Assembly: GCA_973895155.1 (NCBI GenBank)
Contig: OZ316893.1
Location: 15,778,645-15,842,644 of the forward strand
DNA length: 64,000 bases
Direction: 5' to 3'
Origin: Marsupella aquatica
Taxonomy: Eukaryota > Plantae > Marchantiophyta
The notes beneath the pieces are model-generated. The model was not told the DNA's origin. It made no database searches and was given only the letters and a program-made list of their open reading frames with translations. Below are positions 50,097 through 62,992 of the stretch, piece by piece. The first letter of the stretch is position 1. Every line of letters begins with the position of its first letter. Position numbers and translations under genes: made by a program.

Positions 50097-52682
50097 TCAC
50101 TTCCCTTGTTGAAATGCATATGAAGTACTTGCTAGGTGATCACGGTGGACATTCAATCCTGGAAAAGTGAAAGATGGGTTTGGTTGGGAATGCATATCAA
50201 AGCCTGTATGCAATGAGTACTCCTCATCATCTTGGACTTGAGACTCGTCAATGGTAGGAAACATCAAGTAGTCAGTATCATCCTCCCATTCACCCGCATT
50301 ACTATCCTCAGTATCCGGTGGAATACGAGTCAATACCTCACTATCACATTGCAATGACAATCCTTGCAACGCCTCATCGGCATCATCAATTGTATCAAAA
50401 TCATCGACATCTTCCTCCCCCTGACCCGCACTTCTTGCATCATGCTCCTCGTTCTGGAAGGCTTCAGTGGGGGATGATCTAGGTGCATCATTTCTTGCTC
50501 TTCTTTCATCATAACGTTTGTAAATGAACGTTTGGGGGTTTCGGACCTTTGTAAGTCCTTTTTCCACTCGCGTATTTGTGAATATAAAGATTAAATCTTT
50601 TGCCCGATCATTGGTCAACCTGTTACAAAATTTTGAATGTATAAATCCATACGAACTCCAATTCCGTTCGCACGATGATGCGCACATTTGTTGGTGAGTG
50701 ATTTTCCTAGCCATGATCCTTAGATCCTTGTAATCATCTCCATATGCATGCCACCACTCTCCCGGACTGAAATTTTCAATATTTGCTTGGGCTCCTCTTA
50801 TGCCAACAGATGTGTTTGGCAATTTCTTTTGAGCCTCGAATGCCTGCTTTTGGATGTCAGAAATAAGTTTAGTGACATCACGATCATGGTTGATCCCTGG
50901 CTTCACACTGTGTTCTGCGTATCTCGCAACATAATCATTGAAGCCTCTACATAGCTCAGCATCTCCGCCCACATCTTCATCTTCATCAAAGAAATAATGA
51001 GGATTCAAATATGCTGCAGCTAGCATGAAATCGTTAGTAAGCGATTTCCTTCGATTCATATACACTTTCCTTATCCTTGATTTCAGGTACTCAGTTACTA
51101 AGGAACATTCTTCCATGCTCGCCTCCAGATCAGCAATCCCCTTTTTCAAGCTCCAATACAACCAAGCTGACTGCGGTGAGTCCCCATCAAATTCACATAG
51201 CATCTTCACCAACGGTGTGAAAAAAGTCACTGTAGAACTCACTTGAGCCCAAAATGCATCTTGTTGAATCCATTGCTTCAGTTCGTCTGCCTTTGCTCTC
51301 GTCATGTGCCCGTCCGACCTTGAGTGACCTGGAAGCCTATCACGATAAAGATGCCATTTGTCATCAATGACCATTTCTTGCAAGGGACCTCTTAGCTCCA
51401 ATGCTCTTTGCGCCATTAAGAAATTGGTCGCAAATCTTGTTGCATTTGGATTCAACAGTTTTATGTAGGCAGATTTTTGAACAAAAATTGCGGAGAGTTT
51501 TTGGAATGATGAAACTGCTTTTACTATCCACCTCAAACGTTTGAAAATGAATTTGAATGGATTCCATCCACTTTCATCTACCACAATTTTCTTATGGCCA
51601 CACATGTCTTCTAGCAACAAATTAAACACGTGGGCAGCGCACCAGCTCCAAGTAACATGCGGATATTTTTGCATCACTATATCTTCACCTCCAACTCGAT
51701 TAGCGGGTGCACCGTCGGTTACAATTTGTATGATGTGATCCGCGCCAATTTCGTCTATATATTTCAGCCACATCTCTCCAAGGTATCTTCCATCTTTCTT
51801 ATCATCTTGTGCAGCATTCCAACTATCCAAGAAAATATCTCCTCTACAAGTCAACAACATGACATTCATCAAGGGTTCTCTTTGGATATTTTCCCATCCA
51901 TCTGATGAAAGGGTATATCCAAAAGGTTTGGCCTCCTTCATGGTTTTTGTCATGTCTTTTGCGACATCAGCTTTGACCTCCTCCAACAATTTGAATCGGA
52001 GGTTTCGCATACTAGGAAGAGAATACCCATTAACAATTCCTTTAGAAGTCTTTGCAACTGCTTCTTGAAATAATGGATTCTCTGAGACATTGAACAGAAT
52101 ACCACTTGAGTAAAAAGCTTTTGCCCACAGCTTATCCAAATGTGATCTATTTGGAATTTGATAAGCATCTATAATAGGGTTTGAAAGACTTGATGCCCTA
52201 GCCGCATTACTCATGTTTGGATTCTCCTCCACGTCAACATGATTGGAGCCTCGAGTTGAAGCTTGCGAATTTGTCGTTTGGATAAACGATCTCCGACCTC
52301 TGGCAGACAATAGTATATGACTTCCATCGCTTCGTTTGTACCTAATAGAAGAGTCCACTTGATCACATTGTACATTCTATTGATGTCATCCAATTCGATG
52401 ACACCATAGAGTCCTAGGCAAGGTGGTGCATCCCCTTTGTATATATTTCCCATCAAATGTGCCCTTGCTCGTGTTGCATGGAACGTAGTATATTTTTTGC
52501 AAAACCGGCATTTTTGATACATACGATTGATGTCATGACAGCCTGATGGAGAGTCACATCGATCAAAATATTTCCATACCGGGGAAAATTTTGCACTACG
52601 TTCTCGCGCCGGATTTCGACCTTGTCTAACAGGAGTTGAATGGGCTGATAAGTCACCTGACTCATCTTCATCTGAAGACATG
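50097..52682 (-). pseudogene. hAT transposase (BED finger, DUF659-type core, dimerisation domain), one frameshift or intron
   Basis: BED finger SPVWKYF..CRFC..AHL; catalytic SSDGW, VTDGA and SCERNWS; CAAH, TRF and WWHAYG motifs. Frame change near 52360. Confidence 0.92.
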
Positions 52683-52799
52683 ATCGAAAACAATGAAGTA
52701 CTAACTCACAAATAAGTGTGAAATGCCTTCACTCAACCAAAAAATAGTTTTATTTTTGTTTTGAAAGTAATGACTTGGAAACAGGAAGATAAAACATCA

Positions 52800-53990
52800 A
52801 TGAAATATCCCATGCCGAGTCTAAACTCCAAGCATGAGCACAAATATTTACTTTTGTTTTAAGTCATTCACTTTCCTATCCGACGTATGTGATATCTATA
52901 ATTTAACGATAATTTGCTAATTGAGTGAAAACATTTCCGACGAATTGCGATAATCATGCAAAATATCACACGTCGAGCCAAAGCTCCAAGCATGCGTACA
53001 TGAATAGTCTATCGATGTAATTGTATCACAAAACTCACAAATATCACTAAATTGTTAAGGGAGATTCGAAAATTTCTGCATGAAATGCCACACGTCGAGC
53101 CGAAGCTCCAAACATGCGCGTACAAAAGTCATTCTTGCTCCCTCCTTTAGACCTATGAGCTTCCATTGGAATACAAGTTTCAAAGAATGAAGAAATGAAC
53201 ATGTGATGACCCTTTTTATACAAATGTTGAGTAATGGACTATGGGACATTTGTCCTATGTTAGAGGAACCTCTATTTTACTAACCCTAACGATGGCCGGC
53301 CCTAAAACTTGCCCCGGCCCTTAAAGTCAACGGGAAAATCTTGCCCCGGACCGAACTCCCCACCCTGGTCCCGGCCCGGTCTGTACCCCCGGCCCGGTCT
53401 GTACCCCCGGCCCGGTCTGTACCCCCGGCCCGGTCCCTTCCCGGCCCGGACCCGCATCCCGCCCGGTCCCTTCCCCTTCCCGGCCCGGCCCCTTCCCTTC
53501 CTTTCCCGGCCCTGCCCCTTCCCGGCCCAGCCCCTCCCATTCCCGGCCTGGCCCCTTCCCTTCCCGGCCCCTTCCCTTCCCGGCCCTGCCCCTTCCCGGC
53601 CCAGCCTCTCCCATTCCCGGCCCGGCCCCTTCCATTCCCGGCCCTGCCCCTTCCCGGCCCAGCCCCTCCCATTCCCGGCCCGGCCCCTTCCCTTCCCGGC
53701 CCGGTCTCTCCCATTCCCGGCCCGGCCCCTTCCATTCCCGGCCCTGCCCCTTCCCAGCCCGGCCCTGCCCCTTCCCGGCCCTGCCCCTTCCCGGCCGGGT
53801 CCCGCATCCCGCCCGGCCCCGCACTCGGCCCGCCCTCACCTAGTGTTTGTGAGGCCGGGCGGGATGCGGGGCCGGGCCGGGAAGGGACCGGGCCGAGCCG
53901 GGTGCCGGACTGAGCCGGGAATGGAAGGGGCCGGGAAGGGTCGGGGAGGGAATGGGCTGGGCCGGGTCTGGACCGGGGCATAAGAGGGAA
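52800..53990. repeat. Right subterminal arm (inverted ccgaagctccaa..catg repeats, then a C-rich cccggccc/ccccttccc array)
   Basis: Reverse complement of the left-arm motifs. Confidence 0.85.
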
Positions 53991-55344
53991 TATGCGACAA
54001 ATAGGGTCATTTTCGGGCGACAAATGACAAGTTGTCGTGTCCGACAACACGACAAGTTGTCCGACAGCTCAAACCGGGTATATCATACTTGACTAGAGGG
54101 CTAGACTTTACATACATAACTTGTCACACTAGTCCAGACTACCCATTCTTTGAACGTGAATAGCGGGGAGGACAATAAAAATATCACCAAAATATATTTC
54201 TTATTCACATATTTTGAAGGTTAATGAAATGATAAAAAAAATTATCATACATATCATCATTTTAATAATCATACGTAAAAGACATAACATACCATAGTAC
54301 TCTTTTCTATGCACATCCCTAGTTTTCTATCCTACATCCCACTTATGCACATATAATATGGTGGGGCCATAGAGATCAGTTTTTAATATAAATAGAAATC
54401 ATAACAAAAAGCAGCCATGATTATCATTTGACATGACTGTATACATCATAGACATCAATTTTCTCATCATTCCACATGATGAGTCATGGAGTCTAGAAGC
54501 CTAGGCCCCAACTCTAGCTTGTAGTTGCAGATTTATAAGTAAGATACATCCACAACTAAACACAATACATCTCACATACATAAGAGAATGAAGGAACAAA
54601 TGAAACTCATGTGCACACATGTCCAAAACTCACAATCGCCCCCCTAACTAGGAGTAAGGTCCCCTAACTCTAGCTAGCCATGAGTTACAAGGTTGATATA
54701 TATACATCTTTTTAGGTATGAACATCAGGAGATTGGGTGCAAGTGAGCCCCATTGATTATCTACTTGCAATCCATATCTCCCAAGAGAACAAAAATGATA
54801 ACTACAGCTTCATAGATACTGAGAACACAACCATGATCCACTAGCCCAATGAGTCACCTACAATCCCGCCTACAATGGTGGTGTCAAACAAGACATGTGT
54901 CATCCTCTAAAACACTTATCACAAATTAACATAGTAGTTACTCCCTGAACAGATCCACACAACATACACTTCAAGCCAGCATAAACATGTGTCAAACTTG
55001 GATCCATTGTTAGTACCATCAATGTTTGGAAAATGACATGGTGCATAGACTTTGCGCACATGATCCTTCCAAACCATATCATCATGTCCCTCCAACATCA
55101 AGACACCAAAAGACAACACTTCACACACACGCAAAATGGTCTGTCTGACTTGCGGTCACATCAAGTGTCGTTGGTGTTGTCTGCTGCGAATAAACATAAT
55201 CACCAAGATGGAATCGTCGAATCCTCGCACGATAACCTCCTCCACGAATAGTGGCATACCGCAAAGTATCATGATGTTGGGCAATGACAAGGTTGTGAAA
55301 GGTCATGAGCATGACTCTCTCAAAAATCCTTGCCCTCTTTGAAT

Positions 55345-56543
55345 CCCAAGTACGCAACTCTTATATAATAGTCAAGTGTCTACATTTGTATATGGACTAA
55401 AAAGTTGGCTATACAAAATAATTAGTTCGTGGACCCCCTATTAACGGAAAGCTTCAGACGACATCAACTCCTTGAAATCCTGAAAGTCCACCTTCCCATT
55501 ACCGTCCGCATCGACTCCCTTGATCATCTGCTGACACTTCTTATAACTATGTCCTTTCATGCCCAGGCTCTTCAACACCATTTGCACGTAGATGAGGCCC
55601 TTACTGAACCTTGCTAAGCTTGCTTCTCTTTCATTCATTTGTGCCTCATGCGTTGGACAATCTACAGTAGCGAGAGGCATCACTGAGTTAGGAACTGCAA
55701 TGATGACGCCATGGAAAGGAGTGTTGAGTGATCAACATAGAATCATGTCCACTTCTTCCTTCGTGGCAGCAGAAGGTTGAGAAAATTGTCACGATTACTT
55801 TGTCATCAGATCAACTTGCCGAGAGAGATTTAGTTACTATTCAATTGAAACACAATTCAAAATGTGGGTGGGCAGTGGTTACTCAGGGTAAAAAAAACGG
55901 AAGGTGGGCCTCCTACTAATTGAACAATCTGTTACCTAGGGTAAATAAAATGGTTATTTTTCAAACATTTTTACATCAAGATTTACGGCATGGTGTCCTC
56001 AATTTTACCAAAATCATGCCACAGACACGAATGTTGAAGCAATTTTATTTTGTAAACCAATCCGTACCTGTTTACAGCGCGTCTTGATGATGTGGCGCAT
56101 TGTGGAGTCTCAAATTTTGGAAGGGACCTCTAGTGGGGTCCGTAATTAAAATTTGAAAAAACCTGGGTTGTCCAGTTAAAAAAATTTCAAGTCATATAAA
56201 AGGTTTGGTTTTCTTCTTTTTCTATATGAAATTAAAAAATATTCCTATACATGTTGTAATTTTTATTAAAAGATTTTTAAAATTTTAATAAAAACCCTAA
56301 AAAGCTGGCTAGTTTGGCTATAGACCTTTGTATTAAAAAAAACCCATATAATTTGGTTTTGATCAACTTTTTGTACATCAAAACATGTTTGTTTATTTTT
56401 TTAAGTTACATTTTTGGATTCATTGAGTTGAGAGGTACAAGACTTTAGTAGACTAAAATGAAATCTAAGATGGTAAATTGGATATAAGGCCATTATAAGG
56501 AATTAAAAACTTGCCTTATAAAAAGGGGAGTTGCATACCCGGG
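55345..56543. mobile_element. Non-autonomous hAT-type element carrying a gene fragment (Pack-type)
   Basis: Perfect TSD ctttgaat (55337-55344, 56544-56551); imperfect TIR cccaagtacgcaactc/gagttgcatacccggg. Confidence 0.85.
55441..55610 (-). pseudogene. Captured calmodulin-like (CML) C-terminal EF-hand fragment
   Basis: VLKSLGMKG..KCQQMIKGVDADGNGKVDFQDFKELM contains a D-x-D-G-N-G-x-V-D EF-hand loop and the plant CML 'C..MI..VD.DG.G.V.F.EF..M' pattern. Confidence 0.8.
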
Positions 56544-57140
56544 CTTTGAATAGACCTTGACCCAAACATCAGGATTATCCAAGTTCACAACCGATGCAAT
56601 ATCACAACGAATAGTTGCTGACAAATCTGGCTCTCTATCATAGAGCAAGAAATAAGGTGAAAAGGATGCAAGTGATGCTTGCGGACTGAAATGGTAACCC
56701 ATAGTTAACCAAGGTAATTGGAGATCCCAATCTCCCAAATGACCAACCTTCAAGCCATACTTGCACAATCCTCTCTTCACAGTTTGCACTACCGTTTTAG
56801 CCAATCCATCTGCCTAAGGATGATCATGAGAAGTAGTATGATGATCAATCATAGCTTGTTCACACAAACTCTCAAAATCTCCATGGAACTCAGTTCCCCG
56901 ATCAGTCAGCACCTTAGCTGGTGCTCCAAATGACTGAGTACACGATCCAAAAATGTGGCAACAACTCCTCAACTAGCTTAATTTATCTGGCAACGCCACT
57001 AGCTCAATCCACTTGGAAAAGTGCTCCACCCCCTGGGCCCCCACTCTTAGTAAAAACTCTCTACCCCCTATGAATGGACCCCGCTTGGTACCCCTTGTTA
57101 TTATTTTTGGAACATTAAAAATTTACCTTGTTACTTAGAA

Positions 57141-59742
57141 CACTAGTACATATTTAGCTGATTTCCGATGCTCAATTTTTGCAAACAATCGGCGTCCGAT
57201 TCTAAAAGAATCGGAAATTCCCATTATCACAAAATGGCAATATGCCATACTCTCGGCTTCGGATATCTTCATTTCCGATGTAATTAACAACGGAACCTTT
57301 CCGATGCGGTAAAAAACGGATCATATCCGTTACAAAATACATCGGATCCCCTAACAAAAAATTTGATTGATATGTCCGATGTTTTTTGTAACGGAAATGA
57401 TGTGCGTTTCAATATTGATCGGAAAAGTTCCGTAGTTGATAAGAACGGATATTATATCCGATTAGTCCGATGCTAGTAGAATGGGAAGTCCGATGCTAGG
57501 AGAATGGGAAATTTTCATTTTGGCAAAACGACAAATTCCTATTGTGTTAGATGGGGCATGTAGTTGCACCGACATACTCTTCCTAGAAAAGAGGATACAA
57601 TCATTCTTGCATGTTTGAATGACTTCATACTTGAGGCAAATGGACTTAATTGAATGTTGTTCTTGCCTCCTTCCAAGACCCCAAAATATTGTTCCCTTTT
57701 GGCAATATTTGCTCAACATGCAAAATCAAAATTTATCATCTAAAAGGAGATTGCTTGTCCCATGTAGTCTTTGTTGCAAGTCCAACAACAACATAGTTGA
57801 TGAAAGATGAGACAATCGGGAGCTGCCCTTGACGCCAAGGCTTTGGAAGGACCAAAATATTAATCTTCCATAACTAATAAACTATAATGATCTCATGTCA
57901 AGTTGGATGGAGGAGGGCTTTACTATTTACGAATGACCCCAAATTTCTATTGATTGCTCCAAGGGAATGTAAGAGGGTAATCGTAATTATAGATCACTCG
58001 ATGCAAACATGCAATATCATGATAGAGCAAAACTGGGATTTATTAGTCTAATGCCACACTTTTGTGGCATAATCACTACATTGCCACTCTTTTTCTTGTA
58101 TTTATCACTCTGCCTCTCGTTTGAGTCATTGGTTAAGAAAAGTAACTCAGGTTAACTACCTAAGATCCGTCGTTGAGATTTCTTTTGGTCTTCCCATTGG
58201 ATGGTCGTCGCTTCCCTCACGGTTACATTTTGAACCCTTAGTATAGTTTGCGGAGGGGTGGGTCGGCTAATCCATTTCTCCTCCCCTCCATTTCTCTATC
58301 ACCATAGTCGAGGCGCATTGGCTGCGTCTTTGCTCCACCCTTGCCGCTATCATTGCGTCCTCATTTCCCCGGCCCAGGCTGTGTTGTCGCTGACCCTAGC
58401 TGCCTCTAGCTTGGCTGGGGCCCTCACTCTTACTATATAAAGTGAACCCCCCTGAGAACAGACACCCCCCATGTACCCCTTCTTAATATTTTTGTTCACA
58501 AAAAAAATCCCCTTGTTAATGTAAAAATATTAACTTTTCTTATTAAATTTTATCCTTTTGTAAATTATAATATAGTTTTTCAAGGAATTGAAAACATCCT
58601 TGAATTTTTAAAATTGCAAATATCATACTGAAATAGATAAGACTTTATTTTGCATAGGGGACTTGTATGTTACGCCTTTGTTTAGGGTACATATTTTATA
58701 TAGTTAAACAAAATTAGTACCAGAGAATTATAGTTCTTCCTGTAGTATACAGACAAGCATGGCTGCACTATCCTCTCAGTGTTCCTAAAGCCCACGAAAC
58801 CAAACTTGCCTTATGACGACAAATAATTAAATATCTGATTTACTATATGAACATGTGCGCAAGTAAAGTGATGACATGTGTGTCAACCATATAGTGACAT
58901 GTGTACTTGGCATTTTGGGTACCCTTGCATAAGATTAATCTGACATGTATTTGATAAGAGCCTTATTACTAATATTGTGCTGAATATATATACAGGGATG
59001 TTGCCTACTTTAAAAACTATTATAAAAATTAGTTTGCATTACATTAAAAACACCCTTGCGATGTTCGCACGTCCTCCCTGTATTAGTAACACTTAGGGCC
59101 CAGGGGGCTGGGGCTGCATTGTTGCATGTTTCCTGTTGGCCTCTCCCGACTCTGCCCAGCTTAGGTCCAAATTATGGGTCTTAATAAATTTAGAAGGTAT
59201 AAAATCCCTAAACACTCCAAGTCAAACAATAAAAGTGTTAAGCTTGCATGTACATTGTGAGGGATAAGAACCACAAAGTTAAGCTCATGTTGGAGGAATA
59301 GCAATTGGAATGGGTGACCACTTAGTTGAGGAATGAAGAGTTGAAATGTCAAAGGAGATGGGCACCTCGCTCATGGTTGCAAAATGAAAGTAAATATACA
59401 AAGGAAGAGATGGGTGACCTGAGCACCCCGCGTCCGCTCCAATGTGTATCCCATTTTCATTGTTTTGCTCTTTCCCATTCTCCCAGTATCGGACTTTCCC
59501 ATTCTCCCAACATCGGACTTTTCCATTCTCTTAGCATCGGACTTTTCCATTCTCTTAGCATCGGACTTTCCCATTCTTTCAGCATCGGACTTTCCGATTT
59601 AAGTCCAATCGTCGATATCCGATACTTTTATCATGGCATGTTACGATGCCGGCAGAATTGGATGTATGGTTTTTTCATATTTTGTTTTACAAAGACGTCC
59701 GATGTGGAGAGAATCAGAAAAAGGAGGTAAAATGTACTAGTG
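57141..59742 (-). mobile_element. CACTA (En/Spm) deletion derivative
   Basis: TIR cactagtacat/atgtactagtg; 3-bp TSD gaa; inverted subterminal tccgatg/catcgga arrays (57160-57510 vs 59470-59600); transposase remnant LKYEVIQTCKNDCILF (~57590-57640, -). Confidence 0.88.
58421..59105. mobile_element. hAT-type MITE nested in the CACTA element
   Basis: TSD ggctgggg (58413-58420, 59106-59113); right TIR tagggcccaggg; left TIR ccctca is ccctgggccctca with 7 bp lost; shares subterminal gcacgtcctcc with the 203-bp MITE. Confidence 0.78.
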
Positions 59743-60607
59743 GAAAAATCAACATTTTGGCAATATTTTATACCCTTCAGATAATTATAAAATATAGATT
59801 TGATGGATTTTATATAAGCTTAATCAATTATATTTTCTTAGTTCAAAGAATATGATTTACCCAAATGTACCAAAATACTTCAAGCGCTAATGTATGCACT
59901 TTATTTATAATACTATTTGAGAATAGCAAGTACTCATATATATGTCTATTTGGCAACATGATAGAATTTATAACAACACACAATTTCCTCCCTAATAGAG
60001 GAAATATAATTGGCTTCCCTGGACTCAAACCCGGTGACACCCTGAAATCCTTAAACCCTATAATTGGGCATACAACCTTGCATAGAACTTGGGACACGGA
60101 TTTATAATTGGAGGACCTCTCTCTTCCCTCCCTCGGATCCAATGGGTACGGATTAGTCCCAACTGTCTTACAAAGGCATACCAAAAGGCATAGACACATA
60201 TACCTATTAGATGATGTCATGTGTACCACTAAGATGATGTCGCGTGGTAGAGATGATTATATACCCCCTTCCCCAAAACAAATGGGAGCAGAATATGAAG
60301 TGCCCTTCCTTACTTAGAAAGTGACATTTGTATAAAATTGTGGGTTGCTTAATTACAAGCAAATTCTAAAAATTACCTCAATATGAATAGTATCTTGTAC
60401 TTGACTAAGAAAGTACCAAACAAAATTGACCCTTGAATCGTTCTCACGTCCGACCCATTTTACCTAAGAGTGGGGGCCTAGGGGCTCCACCATAACCAAA
60501 ACATATTGATTATGCTATTGAGTGAGAGATAGTGGACCAACAAGTCCAAATTGCATCAATATCCCAAACTCATGATCAGCAATGTATGAAACTAGGGAGT
60601 GGGAGCA

Positions 60608-60810
60608 CCCTGGGCCCTCACTCCATGTACAAGAAGTGGACCCCCTGCAATCGGGCCCTTTTTGTGTTTACCCCTTGTTATTTTCATTTTACCATTAAAA
60701 GTTCTCTTATTACCGGTAATAATTATAATTATTAGTTCAAAATGAATAAAAACTACCCTTTGAGCGTTCGCACGTCCTCCACGTTTTAGTTTAAGACTGA
60801 GGGCCCAGGG
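60608..60810. mobile_element. 203-bp hAT-type MITE (copy of 16680-16882)
   Basis: Same TIRs; perfect TSD tgggagca (60600-60607, 60811-60818). Confidence 0.93.
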
Positions 60811-61862
60811 TGGGAGCATTAAATGATGCTCTCACTCGATCACATACCACACACTTAGCTATCAATTGTTGGAGATGAGTATGCATACCACGCCCCCAAT
60901 ACCGTGTCTAGAGCAAGCTATAAGTGCGCTTCACACTAAAGTGATCCAACTCCTCGTGCGCATGTTGCACCAAATGTACTTGTTGTGATGGTTTTGGTAC
61001 CACCAATACCTTACCATCACATAGTACTCTCAAAAGATGGTTTCCTTCCCATTGAAACCTCTTGGCTCTTTGCAAAACCCTGTCACGCTCCTTGGTATCA
61101 AGACTGCCATCAATAGAACCATTGCGCAGGTATTCCAACACTCTCTCATTGTTGTGAATATCTTGTTGTCCAACAAAAACCTCACCAACATCCATATCTA
61201 TAGACTCATCATGTACTCCATCCAATGAGGTAGAGTCCATAGATCCACTGCATGCTGGCAGCCAATAAAGGAAGGTAGATGCATGTCATCCTGACACCAT
61301 CTCCTTGTCTGACTCATCATGCCATTTGGCCCTAGTCCCAGACATCCTCCTGACTGGTACATGGATTGCAACTCAATCCATCTACATCCAAGTTCACCTT
61401 TCTAGGCCTATGCACAACCTGGAAATCATACTCCTATAACGCCATTGCCCATTGTGCAAGCTTGCCTATAAGTTTGTCAAACTCCATTAACCACTTGACT
61501 GATGATCAATGATCAAGGTGAAAGGTGTAGGGTTTAGGGTTTAGGGTCATAGACATGTGTGCTGAAAGTACTCCATTCTTTTGACATCCTCTTCATCACA
61601 TCAAAGCTCACCCATATATGCTCCTTCAAGAGGCCCCAACCCCCTTCTTCATCTAATGCAGTAAATCTACTCCAGATCCATGACCTTTGATTTTCATGAT
61701 TTTAAAAATATGTGAGCCTCTATCATCCTTACACCCTTGCCCAGGAAGAAGATGCCTTTGGAGAAAAGGCTCAAGAAATAGAAACGTGATAAACATTCTT
61801 CCGCATGCGGACCAGATATTCAAGATCACCTTGACAACTTGATCTTCACGAACGTTCTTAAA

Positions 61863-62992
61863 TCACATAGCAAATTTCTGAGTTGTTGAAACAAGCATAA
61901 GTGACTTCCAGATTTCTGTTTTTTCTAGCTTCAAAATTTCATCCACAAACTCATCTAGGGCATCCATTAAAGATCCATTGATCTCATTTTTTAAAACACA
62001 CAATGTAGAAGAAGGATTCTTCTCGTGTTGTTTTTGGATTTTTTCTATTGCTATTTTCTCAACACTTCTAGACCACACCTTTCGACATGGATGGTTGTGC
62101 ACCCCCATATGGATTGCAAGACGTGACATGTGCTTTATAGTGTTAGCCTCTATCAAAACTTGCAGGTACATATAAAATATTTTTGCTGGACACGATTCAA
62201 CACAAAATGGAACTTGAAGACAATAACGACAAACAATTCCACCAGCATCGATCAACCTCCTGGGACAATGTTGACCAGCAAGCTTGGGGATCCCATCCCA
62301 TGCTGTACAATTTCTGCCTTGAGTCCTAGTGTAAAACTCACATGCTCTATTTTGACATTTGAGAGAACCACTGCAGCTGACTTTCCCGAACTCCCACATC
62401 TTCGAGAGGACATTAGCTGAAGTAGGGAAAATTTGAGTCCATGGATAGCAGCCCTTGGATCGATCCATGTTTTGCAGATGATCCCCTTTGGAGCTGACAC
62501 CTTCAACTCGCGGAAGCTCAAATATGACATTCCCATTGTATCCTGCAGGTAACCATTCAACCTGCTCATGCCTGAATGACTTGGACCTAACAAAGTGGGA
62601 TAACTCACTTTGTCCAATTGATTTCAATAAGGCATCAAGTGCACTTCTTCTGTACACAACCGGGATAGGGTGAGTTAGAGGATGCACATCATCAGACCTC
62701 TCCAACACAGTCACTACTGGTGGTATCTGTGGCCACAACAAAGTGGACTAACGCTCTCCTTTTTTATCTCACTCGCCTTCAACATGGGCAGGGATTCACT
62801 CTCAGAGAGTTCGGCATCAGACGTCAGGTCAATCACCTTGTGAGATAATTGAGGCTTCTCCACCTTCACATGAATGAGATATTTACAAAAGGCAGTAAAT
62901 AGCAAACATCGAACTATATGTTCAGGACTGGTAACAGCAAAATTTCCTGTTATGGGTGCACATTTCTCCTGGTATTGTGGCAAAATTTCCAA
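61863..62992 (-). pseudogene. GCM/WRKY-like zinc-finger protein, probably from a DNA transposon (Mutator-like)
   Basis: KVSCSGSLKCQNRAC..CRYC..C..CPAKI..RLAIHMGVHNHPC; two ORFs (62714-62992, 61863-62741) joined by a frameshift; upstream repeats tgccgaatactagcgc at 63025-63160. Confidence 0.5.

Larger units (their letters stand above)
44324..54078 (-). mobile_element. 9755-bp hAT DNA transposon with kinase and RING cargo
   Basis: Perfect 8-bp TSD tatatcat (44316-44323, 54079-54086); TIR cccggtttg/caaaccggg with gacaagttgtc palindromes inside both ends; hAT transposase present. Confidence 0.93.
57031..60483. mobile_element. Non-autonomous hAT-type element (host of a nested CACTA)
   Basis: TIR ccctgggcccccactcttag/ctaagagtgggggcctaggg; perfect TSD gctccacc (57023-57030, 60484-60491). 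Confidence 0.9.
54545..61527 (-). mobile_element. Second copy (3' part) of the DNMT-PHD Gypsy family: RNase H, integrase, PHD, PPT, LTR
   Basis: Segments 60811-61527, 60484-60607, 56544-57030 and 54635-55344 match 18460-19850 and 23914-24840; LTR start at 54634. The DNMT/RT part is absent here. Confidence 0.88.

Noticed and set aside
59470-59600. CRISPR-like 23-bp repeats
   Set aside because: No unique spacers; these are CACTA subterminal repeats in a eukaryotic context.
59865-60317. Two in-frame short ORFs inside the non-autonomous hAT-type element
   Set aside because: No recognisable motif; could be a captured or transposase remnant but this is unsupported.
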